Shown: positions 26,951-35,895 of the stretch, one piece after another | Position numbering within the stretch: the stretch's first letter is position 1 | Layout of the letters: each line of letters begins with the position of its first letter | Notes under the pieces: generated by a model | What the model was told of the DNA's origin: nothing | Seen by the model: only the letters and a program-made list of their open reading frames with translations | Database searches by the model: none | Position numbers and translations under genes: made by a program | From: Acidobacteriota bacterium | GTDB taxonomy: Bacteria; Acidobacteriota; Vicinamibacteria; Vicinamibacterales; Fen-181 | Length of the DNA stretch: 64,000 nt | Direction: 5' to 3' | Assembly: GCA_017883185.1 (NCBI GenBank) | Contig: JADGOB010000006.1 | Location: 2,283-66,282, forward strand

Positions 26951-27814
26951 GTGCCCGTAACCGCACCGGCCGATCGTCGGTTCCTGCGCGCGCAGGTCAA
27001 GCCAGGGCGGCGCCAGCCGCCGTGGCGGCCGTGGCTTCGGCTGTGCCGCGCGCTCGTGCTCTTCGCCCTCGTCGGGTGGGCCGGCTGGTGGTGCGCGATG
27101 TCGATCCTGCACGCCCCGGTCCTGCGGGTCGCGCACATCACCGTGATGGGCACGCGGCACCTGTCGACTGGCGAGGTGCTGGCGCTGGTCGACGGGCTTC
27201 GCGGCCAGAACATCCTGCTGGTGCGCCTGGACGACTGGCGCGAACGAGTGCTGACGTGTCCGTGGGTGGCCGACGCGACACTCCGGCGGTCGTTGCCGGG
27301 CACCGTGGAGGTTCGGATCGCCGAGCGGCATCCGCTCGCGATCGGACGCGTCGGCGAGGAACTGTTCCTCGTGGACGATCATGGCCGCGTCATCGACGAG
27401 TACGGCCCGCGCTACGCGGATTTTGACCTGCCGATTCTCGACGGGCTGGCCCCGGGATTCGCGCAGGAGGCGAGCGCCAACGAGCGCCGCGCGCAACTGG
27501 CGTCGCGACTGTTGCGGGACGTGCGCACCCGGCCCGACCTCGCCAGGCGCATTTCGCAGCTCGACGTGTCGGACCCGCGCGACGCCGTCGTGATCGTGGA
27601 CCAGGATACGGCTCGCGTCCGGCTGGGTGAAGAGCGGTTCGTCGAGCGGCTGCAGTCGTACGTGGACCTCGCGCCTACACTGCGCGAACACGTTCCCGTC
27701 ATCGACTACGTGGATCTCAGGTTCGGCGAGCGGGTATTCGTCGGATCGCAGGCAGGAGTCGCTCCGGCGGCAACGACCGGGCCCGTGCGTCGGCCGGGCA
27801 CGACGAACCAGTAG
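26951..27814 (+). CDS. ftsQ: cell division protein FtsQ (POTRA domain)
   Basis: ORF track, 287 aa. N-terminal TM helix (ALVLFALVGWAGWWCAM) followed by a POTRA-like region. Canonical position before ftsA. Confidence 0.8.
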   Translation: MPVTAPADRRFLRAQVKPGRRQPPWRPWLRLCRALVLFALVGWAGWWCAMSILHAPVLRVAHITVMGTRHLSTGEVLALVDGLRGQNILLVRLDDWRERVLTCPWVADATLRRSLPGTVEVRIAERHPLAIGRVGEELFLVDDHGRVIDEYGPRYADFDLPILDGLAPGFAQEASANERRAQLASRLLRDVRTRPDLARRISQLDVSDPRDAVVIVDQDTARVRLGEERFVERLQSYVDLAPTLREHVPVIDYVDLRFGERVFVGSQAGVAPAATTGPVRRPGTTNQ

Positions 27815-27912
27815 AGGATCAGCCGGGGCGCGACGCGGACGGACCAACTGGGCAGGCGGCAGGCGCGCCGCGCAGGGCGCCGCCAACCGCAGGGTGACAG
27901 AGCGGAGGGGGA

Positions 27913-29151
27913 GTGGCGCGAAAGGAACGGTATCTCGTCGGCCTCGACATCGGCACGTCGAAGACGACGGCGATCGTCGGTGAGCCGGGCGAGAACAACA
28001 GCCTGAACATCGTCGGCATGGGCGTCGCCGAATCGAACGGCATCCGTCGCGGCCTCGTGGTGAATCTCGCGGCGGCGGTGGATTCGATCAAGAAGGCGAT
28101 CATGGAAGCGGAGCTGACCGCCGGCATCGAGATCGACAACGTCTACCTCGCCCTTTGCGGCCCGCACGTCAAGGGGTTCAACAGCCGCGGCGTCGTGGCG
28201 GTGTCCGGCAAGAACCGGGAGATCACCCGCGAAGACGTCGGGCGGGCCATCGACGCGGCCAAGGCGGTCTCGCTCCCGACCGGGCGCCAGATCCTGCACG
28301 TCCTGCCGCAGGACTTCGTCGTGGACGACCAGGACGGCATCCGCGACCCGATCGGGATGACCGGCGCCCGGCTCGAGGTGAACGTGCACGTGGTGACCGG
28401 GAGCGTGTCGGCGACGCAGAACATCGTCGCGTGCGTGAACCGGGCGAATGTGCACGTCAAGGGCACCGTGCTCGGGCAGCTGGCCGCGAGCGACGCGGTG
28501 CTGACGGAAGACGAGAAGGAGTTGGGCGTCGCGCTGCTCGACGTGGGCGGCGGCACGACCGACCTGGCGATCTTCGAGCGGGGCAGCCTCTGGCACACCG
28601 CGGTGATCCCGATCGGCGGCGATCACTTCACGAACGACATCGCCGTCGGCCTCCGGATGCCGATCCCCGAGGCCGAGAAACTCAAGCGCCGCAGCGGATG
28701 CGCGCTGTCCGGCATGGTCGCGGACGAAGAGACGATCGAGGTGGCGAGCGTGGGTCGGCGGCGCCCGCGCGTCATGAGCCGGCGGATTCTGACCGACGTG
28801 CTCCAGCCGCGCGCGGAGGAGATCTTCCACCTCGTGTGGGACGAGATCCGGCACGCGGGTTACGAGAAGGTCCTGAACTCTGGCATCGTCCTCGCCGGCG
28901 GCGGGGCGATTCTCGACGGCCTCCCGGAGATCGCCGAGCAGATCTTCGACCTGCCCATCCGGCGCGGCAATCCTGCCGGCGTGGGTGGCGGGCTGGCGGA
29001 TCACGTGAACAGCCCTGCGTTCGCGACCGCGGTCGGCCTCGTGCAACGCGCGCACGCCCAGTGGCTGCGCGAGACGCCGCGCAATGGTAGCGGGCCGTTC
29101 TCCCGGGTAGCGGGCAGGATTGGACGATTGCTTCGCGAGTTCGTCCACTGA
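27913..29151 (+). CDS. ftsA: cell division protein FtsA (actin-like ATPase)
   Basis: ORF track, 412 aa. LVGLDIGTSKT, DVGGGTTDLAIF, VLAGGGA motifs. GGAGGGGGA RBS upstream of the GTG start. Confidence 0.92.
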   Translation: MARKERYLVGLDIGTSKTTAIVGEPGENNSLNIVGMGVAESNGIRRGLVVNLAAAVDSIKKAIMEAELTAGIEIDNVYLALCGPHVKGFNSRGVVAVSGKNREITREDVGRAIDAAKAVSLPTGRQILHVLPQDFVVDDQDGIRDPIGMTGARLEVNVHVVTGSVSATQNIVACVNRANVHVKGTVLGQLAASDAVLTEDEKELGVALLDVGGGTTDLAIFERGSLWHTAVIPIGGDHFTNDIAVGLRMPIPEAEKLKRRSGCALSGMVADEETIEVASVGRRRPRVMSRRILTDVLQPRAEEIFHLVWDEIRHAGYEKVLNSGIVLAGGGAILDGLPEIAEQIFDLPIRRGNPAGVGGGLADHVNSPAFATAVGLVQRAHAQWLRETPRNGSGPFSRVAGRIGRLLREFVH

Positions 29152-29438
29152 CCAATGGAGTCGAGCCATCATGAACGAACACCGAGAATCGCAAACGACC
29201 GGAAGCGGCACGAACCCGCCCGTCGATTCACACATGGCCACTCTCGGCGCCGGCGCGGCGGGGCGATCGGGGGCCTGGCCTGCAATCGCGATCGGGCCGG
29301 TCAGTCGAACGACTCTCAGGGCCAGGCTGGCCCTGCTGAGGCCGCTCGCGCTGAAGGTGCAGCCGGCAAGGGCCGCCCGGCCCTGATCCGGTCGGCGGAA
29401 TTACATCATCTGGACCCGAGCGAGACGTGGAGGATTGA

Positions 29439-30734
29439 ATGGCGAACCCGCAGCACCTGATCCCCGGCACCGGCACAAATTCTCTTTCGGATTCGCTGCG
29501 GATCCAGCTTGGCGATGACCCGCGTCGCCTGGGCGCGCGCATCAAGGTGATCGGCGTGGGCGGCGGCGGCGGAAACGCCGTCAACCGGATGGTCCGCGCC
29601 GGGTTCCCTGGCGTCGAGTTCATCGTGACGAACACCGATGTCCAGGCGTTGCAGCAGAGCAACGCCCCGATCAAGGTGCAGCTGGGCGAGAAGCTGACCA
29701 AGGGCCTCGGCGCCGGCGCCGACCCCGTGGTGGGCCGCGCGGCCGCGCTCGAGGACACCGAGCGATTGCTCGAAGTGCTCGACGGGGCCGACATGGTGTT
29801 CGTGACCGCCGGCATGGGCGGCGGGACAGGCACCGGCGCCGCCCCGGTGGTAGCCAGCCTCGCCAGCGAGATTGGCGCACTGACCATCGCGGTGGTCACC
29901 AAGCCGTTCACATTCGAAGGAGGCCAGCGCAACCAGCAGGCCGAACAGGGGCTCTCCGAGCTCCGCCAGTCCGTGGACAGCGTGATCACCATTCCGAACG
30001 AGCGCCTCCTCGCCGTCGATCGCGGCCTCACCCTGCTCAAGGCGTTCGAGGCGGCCGACGACGTCCTGCGGCAGGCGATTCAGGGCATCTCGGATCTCAT
30101 CCTCGTGCCCGGGTTGATCAACCTCGACTTCGCCGACGTCAAGGCGATCATGAGAGGCATGGGCGTCGCCGTGATGGGCACAGGCATCGCCGAGGGACCC
30201 GACCGTGCGATCGAGGCGGCGAAGAAGGCCATCTCGAGCCCGCTGCTCGAGGATGCCTCGGTGGACGGCGCCCGCGGCGTCATCATCAACATCACCGGAG
30301 GCAGCAGCCTTGGCATCGGCGAGGTGAACGACGCCTCGCAGATCATCTTCAAGGCCGCGCATCAGGACGCGAACATCATCTTTGGCGCGGTGGTGGACCC
30401 GAGCCTCGAGGACCGGGTGAAGATCACCGTCATCGCCACCGGGTTCGACGGCGGGCGCCCGAGTAAGACGGGGCGGCTCAACGTCGACACGCCTGTTGCC
30501 ATCGAGAACTACAAGAACTGGCACGAGGAACACCGCCAGGCTCCGCCTGCCAGCGAGGTGGGCTCGGCCACCTCGTCCATTCCTGTCCGCCGGCGTTCGG
30601 TGATCTCGGTGTCGGCGCCAGCGCGGACCGTCGTGAACGGATCGCCCGTTGAGCCGGTATCGGACGAGGGTGTCGAGCCGGACGACACGTCTCCGTTCGA
30701 CGTGCCGGCCTTCCTCCGCCGCCAGCAGGGGTGA
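29439..30734 (+). CDS. ftsZ: cell division GTPase FtsZ
   Basis: ORF track, 431 aa. Tubulin signature [13 protein letters not shown] and NTDVQAL. C-terminal DVPAFLRRQ peptide. GGAGGA RBS. Confidence 0.97.
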   Translation: MANPQHLIPGTGTNSLSDSLRIQLGDDPRRLGARIKVIGVGGGGGNAVNRMVRAGFPGVEFIVTNTDVQALQQSNAPIKVQLGEKLTKGLGAGADPVVGRAAALEDTERLLEVLDGADMVFVTAGMGGGTGTGAAPVVASLASEIGALTIAVVTKPFTFEGGQRNQQAEQGLSELRQSVDSVITIPNERLLAVDRGLTLLKAFEAADDVLRQAIQGISDLILVPGLINLDFADVKAIMRGMGVAVMGTGIAEGPDRAIEAAKKAISSPLLEDASVDGARGVIINITGGSSLGIGEVNDASQIIFKAAHQDANIIFGAVVDPSLEDRVKITVIATGFDGGRPSKTGRLNVDTPVAIENYKNWHEEHRQAPPASEVGSATSSIPVRRRSVISVSAPARTVVNGSPVEPVSDEGVEPDDTSPFDVPAFLRRQQG

Positions 30735-30885
30735 GCGGCCAGGCGAACGCCCGTTCCCGCCTCGGGCGCGTGGTAAACTAAAAATATCCACGGCACCCGT
30801 GAACGTCGGCGTTTCAGGCGCAGCCGGCGCTCAACCCGACTCTTGTCGTCCGGGTCGGTCCAAGCCGTCCCACCGAAACGAGACC

Positions 30886-32592
30886 ATGAGTTCCTGGCAA
30901 CAGCGCGAACGGGCGCGGGAGATCCTGTCCCGCGAGGTCGGCGCCATCCGCAAGTCGCACCGCGATCGGTTGCGCGTGGCATTGGCCTTTCCCAACTCCT
31001 ACTTCGTCGGCATGTCGAACCTCGGCTTCCAGACCGTCTATCGCCTCTTCAACGAGAGCGACGACGTGGTGTGCGAGCGAGTGTTCCTGCCACCGAAGCA
31101 GGAACTGCAGGAGGCGCTGCGTGCCGGCGTGCGCCTGGCAACGCTCGAGTCGCAGTTGCCGGTCGCGGATGTCGACGTGCTGGCGTTCTCCGTGTCGTTC
31201 GAGTGGGACTACACGAACGTCCTCACGATGCTGCGCCTTGCCGGAGTGCCGCTTCGTGCCGACGAGCGGGACGACCGGCATCCGCTCGTCGTGCTCGGCG
31301 GCGCGATCAGCTTTCTCAACCCCGAACCGCTCGCGCCGTTCGTGGACCTCGTGTGCGCCGGCGAAGGAGAGGTCCTCGTCCCCGACCTCGTGAAGGCGAT
31401 CGGCGAGGGTGGGGGCCACGCCGCGATCCTCCGCCGGCTCGTGGGACGCCCAGGGATGTACGTGCCGGCTCTCGTCGAGATCCGCTACGACGTCGATGGC
31501 CGAGTTGACGGATTCGCGCCGGCGGCAGATTCCCCGGTACGAGTTCCCGTGACCAAGGCCGCGCTCAAGGCCGCCGAGATGGCGGAACCGCCGGCCACCA
31601 CGGTGTTCTCTCCGGACACCGAGTTCGGGTCGCGGCTACTGATCGAGGTCGTTCGCGGGTGCGCCAATCTGTGCCGCTTCTGCTGGGCCGGCTACAACTA
31701 CCTGCCGGTGCGCGCCTTCGATGCCGACCGGATCCTCCGCCTGGCCGAGACGGCCCGGCCGTACTCGTCCCGAGTGGGCCTGGTGTCGATCGCCTTGTGC
31801 GACCACCCGGAGATCGAACGGATCCTCGGTCGGCTCCACGAGCTCGGCTACCGAATCAGCCCGGCATCGCTTCGTCTCGACGAGCTGACGGAGCCGATCG
31901 TCCGCCTGCTCCGCGCGAGCGGCGAGCGCAGCATCACCATCGCGCCCGAGACCGGATCCGACCGCCTTCGCCGAGTCATCAACAAGACGGTGACGAACGC
32001 CCAGATCCTCGACCGCGCGGAACTGGTGTTCGCGGCCGGCATCGAGAACCTGAAGCTCTACTACATGCTCGGCCTTCCCACCGAGACCGACGAGGACTTG
32101 GTCGCGATACGGGACCTGACCGCGGCCATCCGGGACCTGATGATGCGGTATGCCCGCGGTCGTGGCGCGGTCGGCCGAATCGTGGCCAGTGTCAACCCGC
32201 TGGTGCCGAAGCCCGGAACGGCGTACCAGTGGATGCCGATGGAGGCCGCCCCGGTGACCGAGCGCAAGATGCGGCGTCTACGACAGCTCGTGGCCGGACT
32301 CGACAACGTCTACTTCAACATCAAATCCGAGCGGCACTCCTATTACCAGGCCCTGCTCTCGCTCGGCGACCGGCGCGTCGCCCCGGTGATCGAAGCGGCG
32401 GAACGGAACGGGGGCCAGTGGCGCGCAGCCGCCGCCGAAGCGGGCGTGGACCCGGACTGGTACGTGTTCCGTGACCGAAGAGAGGACCGATGGCTGCCAT
32501 GGGACGTGATCGACGGGGGCATGAAGCCGGCCTTTCTCCGCACCGAGTTCGACCGCGGTCTGCGCGAGGAATGGACCACCACCCGTTTGTGA
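30886..32592 (+). CDS. radical SAM protein with an N-terminal B12-binding-like domain (TIGR03960-like, function unknown)
   Basis: Track ORF 30649..32592, trimmed to ATG 30886 (MSSWQQRERAREIL...). FPNSYFVGMSNLGFQTVY N-terminal pattern and a CxxxCxxC cluster in VVRGCANLCRFCWAGYNY. Confidence 0.8.
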   Translation: MSSWQQRERAREILSREVGAIRKSHRDRLRVALAFPNSYFVGMSNLGFQTVYRLFNESDDVVCERVFLPPKQELQEALRAGVRLATLESQLPVADVDVLAFSVSFEWDYTNVLTMLRLAGVPLRADERDDRHPLVVLGGAISFLNPEPLAPFVDLVCAGEGEVLVPDLVKAIGEGGGHAAILRRLVGRPGMYVPALVEIRYDVDGRVDGFAPAADSPVRVPVTKAALKAAEMAEPPATTVFSPDTEFGSRLLIEVVRGCANLCRFCWAGYNYLPVRAFDADRILRLAETARPYSSRVGLVSIALCDHPEIERILGRLHELGYRISPASLRLDELTEPIVRLLRASGERSITIAPETGSDRLRRVINKTVTNAQILDRAELVFAAGIENLKLYYMLGLPTETDEDLVAIRDLTAAIRDLMMRYARGRGAVGRIVASVNPLVPKPGTAYQWMPMEAAPVTERKMRRLRQLVAGLDNVYFNIKSERHSYYQALLSLGDRRVAPVIEAAERNGGQWRAAAAEAGVDPDWYVFRDRREDRWLPWDVIDGGMKPAFLRTEFDRGLREEWTTTRL

Positions 32593-32603
32593 CCGGCCTC
32601 CGC

Positions 32604-32906
32604 CTACTCAGCCATGGCCGCCTGTTCCTCGTGTTCCTGGTAAGCCTGCAGGATCAGATCCCGCAGCCTGTCCTGCGCGCTCCCGTCGACCGACGGTCGC
32701 AGGAGCGCGAAGCTGCGCCGCTCGCCATTGACCGAGTACTGCCTCGCCGGGAACGTGACATTGCGTCCGGTGCCGTTGCGGCGCTCCCAGACGGCGAACC
32801 CAATCAACTTGAGTCCGTCGAGCGCGCCCTCGCTGAAGTGCAGTTCTGCCTCGGCCAGTTTGCCCGGCGGGTTGCCCTTGTCGTTCCGGTTGATCTTGAC
32901 CAGCAT
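32604..32906 (-). CDS. small conserved protein, possibly SpoVG-like fold
   Basis: ORF track, 100 aa. By-eye similarity to the SpoVG pattern (GKLAEAELHF..., LIGFAVWERRNGTGRNVTFPARQ..., RLRDLILQAY). Not verifiable without an HMM search. Confidence 0.45.
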   Translation of the reverse strand: MLVKINRNDKGNPPGKLAEAELHFSEGALDGLKLIGFAVWERRNGTGRNVTFPARQYSVNGERRSFALLRPSVDGSAQDRLRDLILQAYQEHEEQAAMAE

Positions 32907-33259
32907 GCGCAGCCTCCGTGTTGGTGACGCGTCGAGACGGCCAATGTGACGTGGTGGGGCGGGCCGATGGGCCGCTGCGCGCCGTGGCCGTGTGGCCTCG
33001 GGAGACGAGTGAGCAATCCGTATTCCGCCGAGAGCCGATCACGAGCGGAGCCGCAAGCTGCTGGTGGGCCAGACCTTGAGCGATCGGTCTCGACTGCGCC
33101 CCCCGCGGGCCACCGGGTGACGGCCGGAAACGACAACCCGGGTTGCGGGGCCGAGCCGCTGCCGGCGACTGCGGAAAGCACTGCGCGCGCGTCGGGCCGG
33201 CCATATCCGGGCCACTGGCTGTCGGGCACAAGCGGCCCGCAACCGTTTATTATTGGAGG

Positions 33260-33643
33260 ATGCAGATCATCGGGATTGGCCTCGACGCGACGGAAATACC
33301 CCGCATCGCCGAGACGATGGCGCGCCACGGCGAGCGATTTCTCACCAGGATCTTCACCGAGGGCGAGGTCGCGTACTGCCAGGCGCATCGGCATGCTGCC
33401 CAGCATTTCGCCGCGCGGTTCGCCGTCAAAGAGGCAGCCATGAAAGCGCTCGGCACCGGGCACTCGCACGGCGTGCTCTGGCGGGATGTCGAGGTGGTTC
33501 GCCGGGGAGGTCCTCCGCAACTGCAGTTGCACGGGGGCGCGGCCCGTCGGTTCGACGTGATCGGCGGCCGGTCGTCGGTGGTCACGATTGCCCACACCGA
33601 CACGCTGGCGATCGCCCAGGTGATCCTCATGGGCGATCAGTGA
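33260..33643 (+). CDS. acpS: holo-[acyl-carrier-protein] synthase AcpS
   Basis: Track ORF 33143..33643, trimmed to ATG 33260 (MQIIGIGLDATEIPRI...), with GGAGGA directly upstream. FAAKEAAMKALG-type motif (FAVKEAAMKALG). Confidence 0.9.
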   Translation: MQIIGIGLDATEIPRIAETMARHGERFLTRIFTEGEVAYCQAHRHAAQHFAARFAVKEAAMKALGTGHSHGVLWRDVEVVRRGGPPQLQLHGGAARRFDVIGGRSSVVTIAHTDTLAIAQVILMGDQ

Positions 33644-34542
33644 TGCTCCGCCTCGAACCGCCGAGATCGCCGGGACGGCCGTCAACGAACGGATTTGTCT
33701 GGACGAGGGAGTCGTGGGGCACGGCGCTGCGGTGCGCGTCCCTGACGGAGGTGGCGGATCACTTCTTCACGACCCGTCAACTGCGGTTGCGGGGAGCGTC
33801 GGAACCGGACGACTGGGCGCATGTGGCCTCGACGATCGGGGTGACACCGGGTCGCCTGCTCCGCCTGACCCAGGTCCACGGCCACCGCGTGGTCGTGGCA
33901 CGCCGCCCGGAATCGGCAGGCCGCCCCGGATCGGCCAGCCTGCCTTTGCCGGAAAACGGGAGCACCTCCAGCAGGAGCGGGCACGACTGGCCCGAGGCCG
34001 ACATCCTGGTGTCGGACGACCCGGAAGTGGCCCTGGCCATCCAGGTGGCTGACTGCGTGCCGCTGCTCATGGCTGACCGTCGCTCTGGCGCGGTGGCGGC
34101 CGTCCACGCCGGCTGGCGGGGAACGGTGGCTGGTGCCGGGCCTGCCGCGGTCGATGCGCTGTCGCGGGAATTCGGCGCACGTCCCGAGGACCTCCTCGTG
34201 GCTCAGGGACCGAGCATCGGGCCCTGCTGCTACGAAGTGGGCGGCGACCTGCGCGGTGCCTTCGAAGAGAGCGAATTCAGGACGCACATCGACCGATGGT
34301 TCTCGCGCGGCGCGGACGGTCGTTTCCTGCTCGACCTGTGGACGGCCAACCGCGACCAACTGCTCGCGTCAGGCGTGCGCCCGGACGCCATTCACCAATC
34401 GGGTCTCTGCACCGCCAGCCACCCTGACTTGTTTGCATCGTATCGGCGGGACGGGCCGGGCACGGGTCGGATCGCGGCGGTGGTCCGAAGCCGGGGGCTC
34501 TCAGGTGAAAGTGAGAATCGAGGATTGAGAATCGAGGATTGA
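33643..34542 (+). CDS. pgeF: peptidoglycan editing factor PgeF / YfiH (Cu-oxidase_4, DUF152)
   Basis: Track ORF 33253..34542, trimmed to ATG 33643 (TGATG overlap with acpS). QVHG, ADCVPLL, HAGWRG and C..S motifs. The last codons are encoded by a heptamer array. Confidence 0.85.
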   Translation: MLRLEPPRSPGRPSTNGFVWTRESWGTALRCASLTEVADHFFTTRQLRLRGASEPDDWAHVASTIGVTPGRLLRLTQVHGHRVVVARRPESAGRPGSASLPLPENGSTSSRSGHDWPEADILVSDDPEVALAIQVADCVPLLMADRRSGAVAAVHAGWRGTVAGAGPAAVDALSREFGARPEDLLVAQGPSIGPCCYEVGGDLRGAFEESEFRTHIDRWFSRGADGRFLLDLWTANRDQLLASGVRPDAIHQSGLCTASHPDLFASYRRDGPGTGRIAAVVRSRGLSGESENRGLRIED

Positions 34543-34554
34543 AGATCGACGACC
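34513..34554. repeat. heptanucleotide array, 6 units (GAGAATC/GAGGATT)
   Basis: gagaatc gaggatt gagaatc gaggatt gaagatc gacgacc. It overlaps the pgeF stop (34540-34542). Confidence 0.95.
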
Positions 34555-34599
34555 GCTGCTGTCCAAGCCGGTCACCTGGAGGCGGCCGCGCGCTCGGCC

Positions 34600-34627
34600 A
34601 TTCTCCATTCTCAATTCTTCATTTCCG
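34600..34627. repeat. heptanucleotide array, 4 units (ATTCTCC family); inverted partner of 34513-34554
   Basis: attctcc attctca attcttc atttccg. It overlaps the rnhA stop (34611-34613). Its reverse complement (GGAGAAT/TGAGAAT) matches the first array at about 15 of 18 positions. Confidence 0.9.
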
Positions 34628-35024
34628 GTTGACCGGCTTCGTCCATCGCCTTGTTGGCCAGGCGATCGGCTTCGGTGTTCAGTTCCCGCCGGACGTGCTG
34701 GAAGCCGACGCGCCCGATCCGGGACACCAGCGAGCGGGCCCGCTGGTACAGCGGTTGAAGGCCGGGGTTCTTGACGCGGTAGACGCCGAGCATCTGCTTG
34801 ACCAGGAGTTCCGAGTCGGAGCGAATCTTCAGCGCCCGCAACTCGTGATCAGCCGCCCACGTCAGCGCCGCCACCAGGCCGTGGTATTCGGCCACGTTGT
34901 TGGTCGCGACGCCCAGCGCGCCGTGCAGTTCCTCGACTAGCGTCCCGTCCTTGTCTTCGATGCGCACGCCGTAGCCGGCCGGCCCGGGGTTGCCGCGCGA
35001 CCCGCCGTCGATGTACGCGACCAT
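34611..35024 (-). CDS. rnhA: ribonuclease HI-family protein
   Basis: Track ORF 34611..35105, trimmed to ATG 35024 (MVAYIDGGSRGNPGPAGYG...NNVAEYHGL...NTEADRLAN; DEDD residues). 1-nt overlap with the upstream zinc-ribbon gene's stop. Confidence 0.85.
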   Translation of the reverse strand: MVAYIDGGSRGNPGPAGYGVRIEDKDGTLVEELHGALGVATNNVAEYHGLVAALTWAADHELRALKIRSDSELLVKQMLGVYRVKNPGLQPLYQRARSLVSRIGRVGFQHVRRELNTEADRLANKAMDEAGQPEMKN

Positions 35025-35767
35025 CAGCTGTGTGCTCCCGTTCCATTCTCGGCGGCCGGTGCAGCCGCGGGCGGGTAGTAGAGGATGCGTTGGCAGCTCT
35101 CGCACTGGAACAGCATGTCATTCCGCCGGAGTTCGTTGGCGGCCTGCGGACGCAGCCGCACGTGGCAGGCGCTGCAGTAGTCGCCCTTTACCTCGGCGAC
35201 GGCCGTGCCACGGCGTCCGCGGACGAGCTCGTAGGTCGAGAGCGGTCCCGGCGCGACCTCGGCGACCAACTGCGCCCGCTTCGACGTCGCCTCTTCCAGT
35301 TCCCGCTGCAGCCGCGTCGTCTCCTCCTCGAGCTGCGTGCGCTCGCACGCGATGACCTGCTTGTCAGCCGCGAGCCGTGCCTCTGCGTTCTTCTGGCGCG
35401 CCGCCAGCTCGTCGGCCTCGAGCATGCGCTCGAGGATGCGATCTTCAAGATGGCGCACCTCGGTCTGCGCGGCCTCGATCTCCTTGAGCATCGCCTGGTA
35501 TTCCTTGTTGGTCTTGACGTCCATCAGTTGACCCTTGAACTTGCTCAGCCGCGTCTGGATCATCGCGAGGTCCTTCTCGACCGCGCGCCGCGCCGCCTGG
35601 TTCTCGGCGACGCGCGCCCGGGCGGTCTCGAGTCCATCCGTGGCGGAGGCCAAGCGAGTGTCGAGACCCTGGGCCAGGCTCGGATGATCGGCAACGCGCC
35701 TTCGGGCGCTCTCGCCGAAGAGGTCGATCTGCTGGAGGCGGATGAGACGTTCGAGGTCAGCGTGCAT
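35024..35767 (-). CDS. coiled-coil plus C4 zinc-ribbon protein (COG1579/DUF164-like)
   Basis: ORF track, 247 aa. Long heptad region with TNKEYQAMLKEIE and a C-terminal CSACHVRL...CESCQRILY zinc ribbon. The pairing with an RNase H gene is a known conserved neighbourhood. Confidence 0.8.
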   Translation of the reverse strand: MHADLERLIRLQQIDLFGESARRRVADHPSLAQGLDTRLASATDGLETARARVAENQAARRAVEKDLAMIQTRLSKFKGQLMDVKTNKEYQAMLKEIEAAQTEVRHLEDRILERMLEADELAARQKNAEARLAADKQVIACERTQLEEETTRLQRELEEATSKRAQLVAEVAPGPLSTYELVRGRRGTAVAEVKGDYCSACHVRLRPQAANELRRNDMLFQCESCQRILYYPPAAAPAAENGTGAHS

Positions 35768-35783
35768 GGAGCATCAGCGCCTG

Positions 35784-35810
35784 ATAAAAAAGGCCCCGTG
35801 GACCGGGGCC
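35784..35810 (-). terminator. intrinsic terminator downstream of the tRNA
   Basis: Minus-strand read: GGCCCCG-GTCCA-CGGGGCC followed by TTTTTTAT (stem 35792-35810, A-run 35786-35791 on the plus strand). Confidence 0.8.
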
Positions 35811-35895
35811 TTGGTGGTCGGGCGCGCACGCCAGCGCACATCCGTGCGTGGCGATCCAGACAGCGCGCGAGGTCGGAACTCTGTGCATCTTGTGC

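Noticed and set aside
29120-29460. Small ORFs (88 and 101 aa) in the ftsA-ftsZ spacer, considered as a possible small division protein
   Set aside because: Their composition is Arg/Gly/Ala-rich, they have no RBS and they overlap each other. They are more likely non-coding leader sequence.
26090-30791. Three long minus-strand ORFs (26090..27886, 27706..29241, 29406..30791)
   Set aside because: They are antisense shadows of murC/ftsQ, ftsA and ftsZ respectively, with no domain-like sequence.
30735-30885. Possible terminator or promoter after ftsZ (CGCCCG...CGGGCG stem followed by the AT-rich aaactaaaaatat)
   Set aside because: The stem is short with a 9-nt loop and is not followed by a T-run. 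The AT-rich patch has no convincing -35/-10 pair. The evidence is too weak to annotate.
32907-33259. Looked for a known structured RNA (SRP/4.5S, 6S, RNase P, tmRNA) in the long spacer; GACGGCCGGAAACGACAAC superficially recalls the SRP GGAA loop region
   Set aside because: The conserved SRP helix-8 sequence (GGUCCGGAAGGAAGCAGCC-like) and the signatures of the other RNAs are not present on either strand. I make no call without a covariance-model search.
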